Shown in pieces: positions 62,496-64,000 of a DNA stretch of 64,000 bases. How positions within the stretch are numbered: the first letter of the stretch is position 1; each line of letters opens with the position of its first letter. This DNA is from Felis catus (taxonomy: Eukaryota): assembly GCF_018350175.1 (NCBI RefSeq), contig NC_058368.1:188358001-188422000 (forward strand). The letters are read 5' to 3'. The notes beneath the pieces were generated by a model. The model ran no database searches and was not told the DNA's origin. It saw only the letters and a program-made list of their open reading frames with translations. The translations under genes and the position numbers were made by a program.

Positions 62496-62985
62496 TCAGT
62501 CACTTTGTTTTCTGAAGCAATGATGATGTTACAGATGAGAAACAAAAAATCTTGTTTATGTTTTGGAACAGGCAGATTGTTTTACAGTCACGGCCAAGCA
62601 TATCATCCACTTTGTTCATTCACCTGTTCCATAAATATTTATGGGATGCCAACTATGGACCAGACACAGCTTCTGACACATATGTCTCCTTCCGGATCAT
62701 GTCTACACAAGTGGATTCAGTCTGTCAACAAGTATTCACTGAGCATCCACAAGTATTAGTACAAGGGCAACTCAGTTGAAATTCACTGAAGGGGTCTTTC
62801 AGCTGCCTGGGGAGGGGCTGGGAAGCCTTCTAAATTCTGCAAAGGGAGACTGGAATGAGACAGCATTTGAGCCTGTCTCCACAAGAGCTAGGAGGTATTA
62901 CTGCCTCCCTTTTACCGATGCAAAAACTGAGGCTCAGAGGGACTAATTGGCCAAGTCACAATGCTCCTAAGTGATGGAGCTGGAA

Positions 62986-63508
62986 TTTTTGTTAAAGTTT
63001 TAATCGTAAAATACACATTACATAAAAGTTACCATTTTAAAGCATACACACTGTTCAGTAGTATTAAGTACATTCACATTATTGTGCAACTCATCTCCAG
63101 AATTCTTTTCATCTTGCAAAAGTGAAACTCCATACCCATTAAACAATTCCCCATGCCTCCCTCTCCCCAGCCCTTGCAACCGCCACTCTACTTTCTGTTT
63201 CTATGAATTTCACTATTCTAGATACTCCATGTAAGGTGGAACCGTACAGTATTTTTTTGTGCCTGGCTTACTGCACTTACCAGATTATCCTCAAGGCTCA
63301 CCCATAGTGTAGCATGTGTCCGAGTCTCCTTTATTTTTAAGGCTGGATAATACTCCATCGTGTGCATATACCACATTTTGCCCACCCACTCTTCTTGATA
63401 AACACTTGGTTTGCTTCCTTTTTTTTGACTATTGTGAATAATAGTGCTATAAACATGGGTGTACACATATCTTTGGGACCCTACTTTCACCTTCGGATAT
63501 GTACCAGT
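62986..63508 (-). mobile_element. L1 3' end (L1MA/MB-like) inserted in a MIR
   Basis: Translation WVGKMWYMHTMEYYPALK..HATLWVSLED (ORF2 C-terminus); 3' UTR TTAAGTACATTCACATTATTGTGCAAC..CATCTCCAGAA. Confidence 0.9.
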
Positions 63509-63960
63509 GGATCCGGAGTTTGAACACACATCTGTAGGACCCTGACATTCATTCTATTTCCAGGATGCTTCACACACAGCCTGGGCGAAACTCTGGCTTT
63601 CGATGCTGCAGCTAACCGAATACATGAAACGTGTTTGATCACATTCCATTCTACCCAGGTCAGACGAAGCTAGTTTTATTTTATGACTTCCCAGTGACTA
63701 AAATGTAATCGGATGTACTGCACTAAGGATTAAACTCGAACTTCTTGACCCTAGAAGATCTGGCCCCTACCTACCGTACTAACTGCATTTCCAACAATTT
63801 GCTATACTTCAGTCATACTGGCTGTTTCTATTCTTCAAACACACCAAGCTGGAAGCTTGTTCCCACCTCAGGGGCTTTGCATTTGCTGTGCCTTTACCCT
63901 GGGACTTGCATAACGGGCACCTCCTCATCACTCAGGTTTCAGCTCAGATGTGACTTTCTT

Positions 63961-64000
63961 GGAGTGCCTGGGATGCTGAGTCGGTTGAGCGTCTGACGCG
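63961..64000 (+). mobile_element. Can-SINE 5' end cut by the window edge
   Basis: GGAGTGCCTGGGATGCTGAGTCGGTTGAGCGTCTGAC. Confidence 0.75.

Noticed and set aside
63218..63529. 103-aa ORF
   Set aside because: L1 ORF2 C-terminal remnant
1..64000. Host gene or locus identity and a novel multi-gene system
   Set aside because: No recognisable coding exon, snRNA, rRNA or miRNA and no promoter CpG island; naming the locus needs a BLAST or liftover that I cannot run

Overview
This is mammalian genomic DNA, almost certainly from a felid: it carries more than 25 tRNA-derived carnivore SINEs (Can-SINE/SINEC), several of the young cat-type subfamily with clean target-site duplications (TSDs). I find no recognisable protein-coding exon, RNA gene, CpG-island promoter or CRISPR array, so the window reads as intergenic or deep-intronic. 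It is dominated by transposon fossils: Can-SINEs, L1 fragments, a near full-length HAL1-like element, L2, MIR, a CR1/L3 scrap, MaLR (MLT1) and ERVL (LTR16/LTR33-like) solo LTRs, hAT DNA transposons and microsatellites. The ORFs I could assign derive from repeats or low-complexity sequence; the rest match nothing I recognise. The most notable items are: a nested HAL1 > MLT1 > four-SINE stack with resolvable TSDs; a SINE inserted into a pre-existing palindrome; a duplicated young L1 3' tip; a 162-bp pure-purine (GAA) tract; a strong CTCF motif; an RFX X-box; and several unique islands with enhancer-like motif clusters. I cannot support a new biological system from this sequence. Subfamily names are from recalled consensus sequences, boundaries of old repeats are approximate, and only representative MIR/L2 copies are listed.
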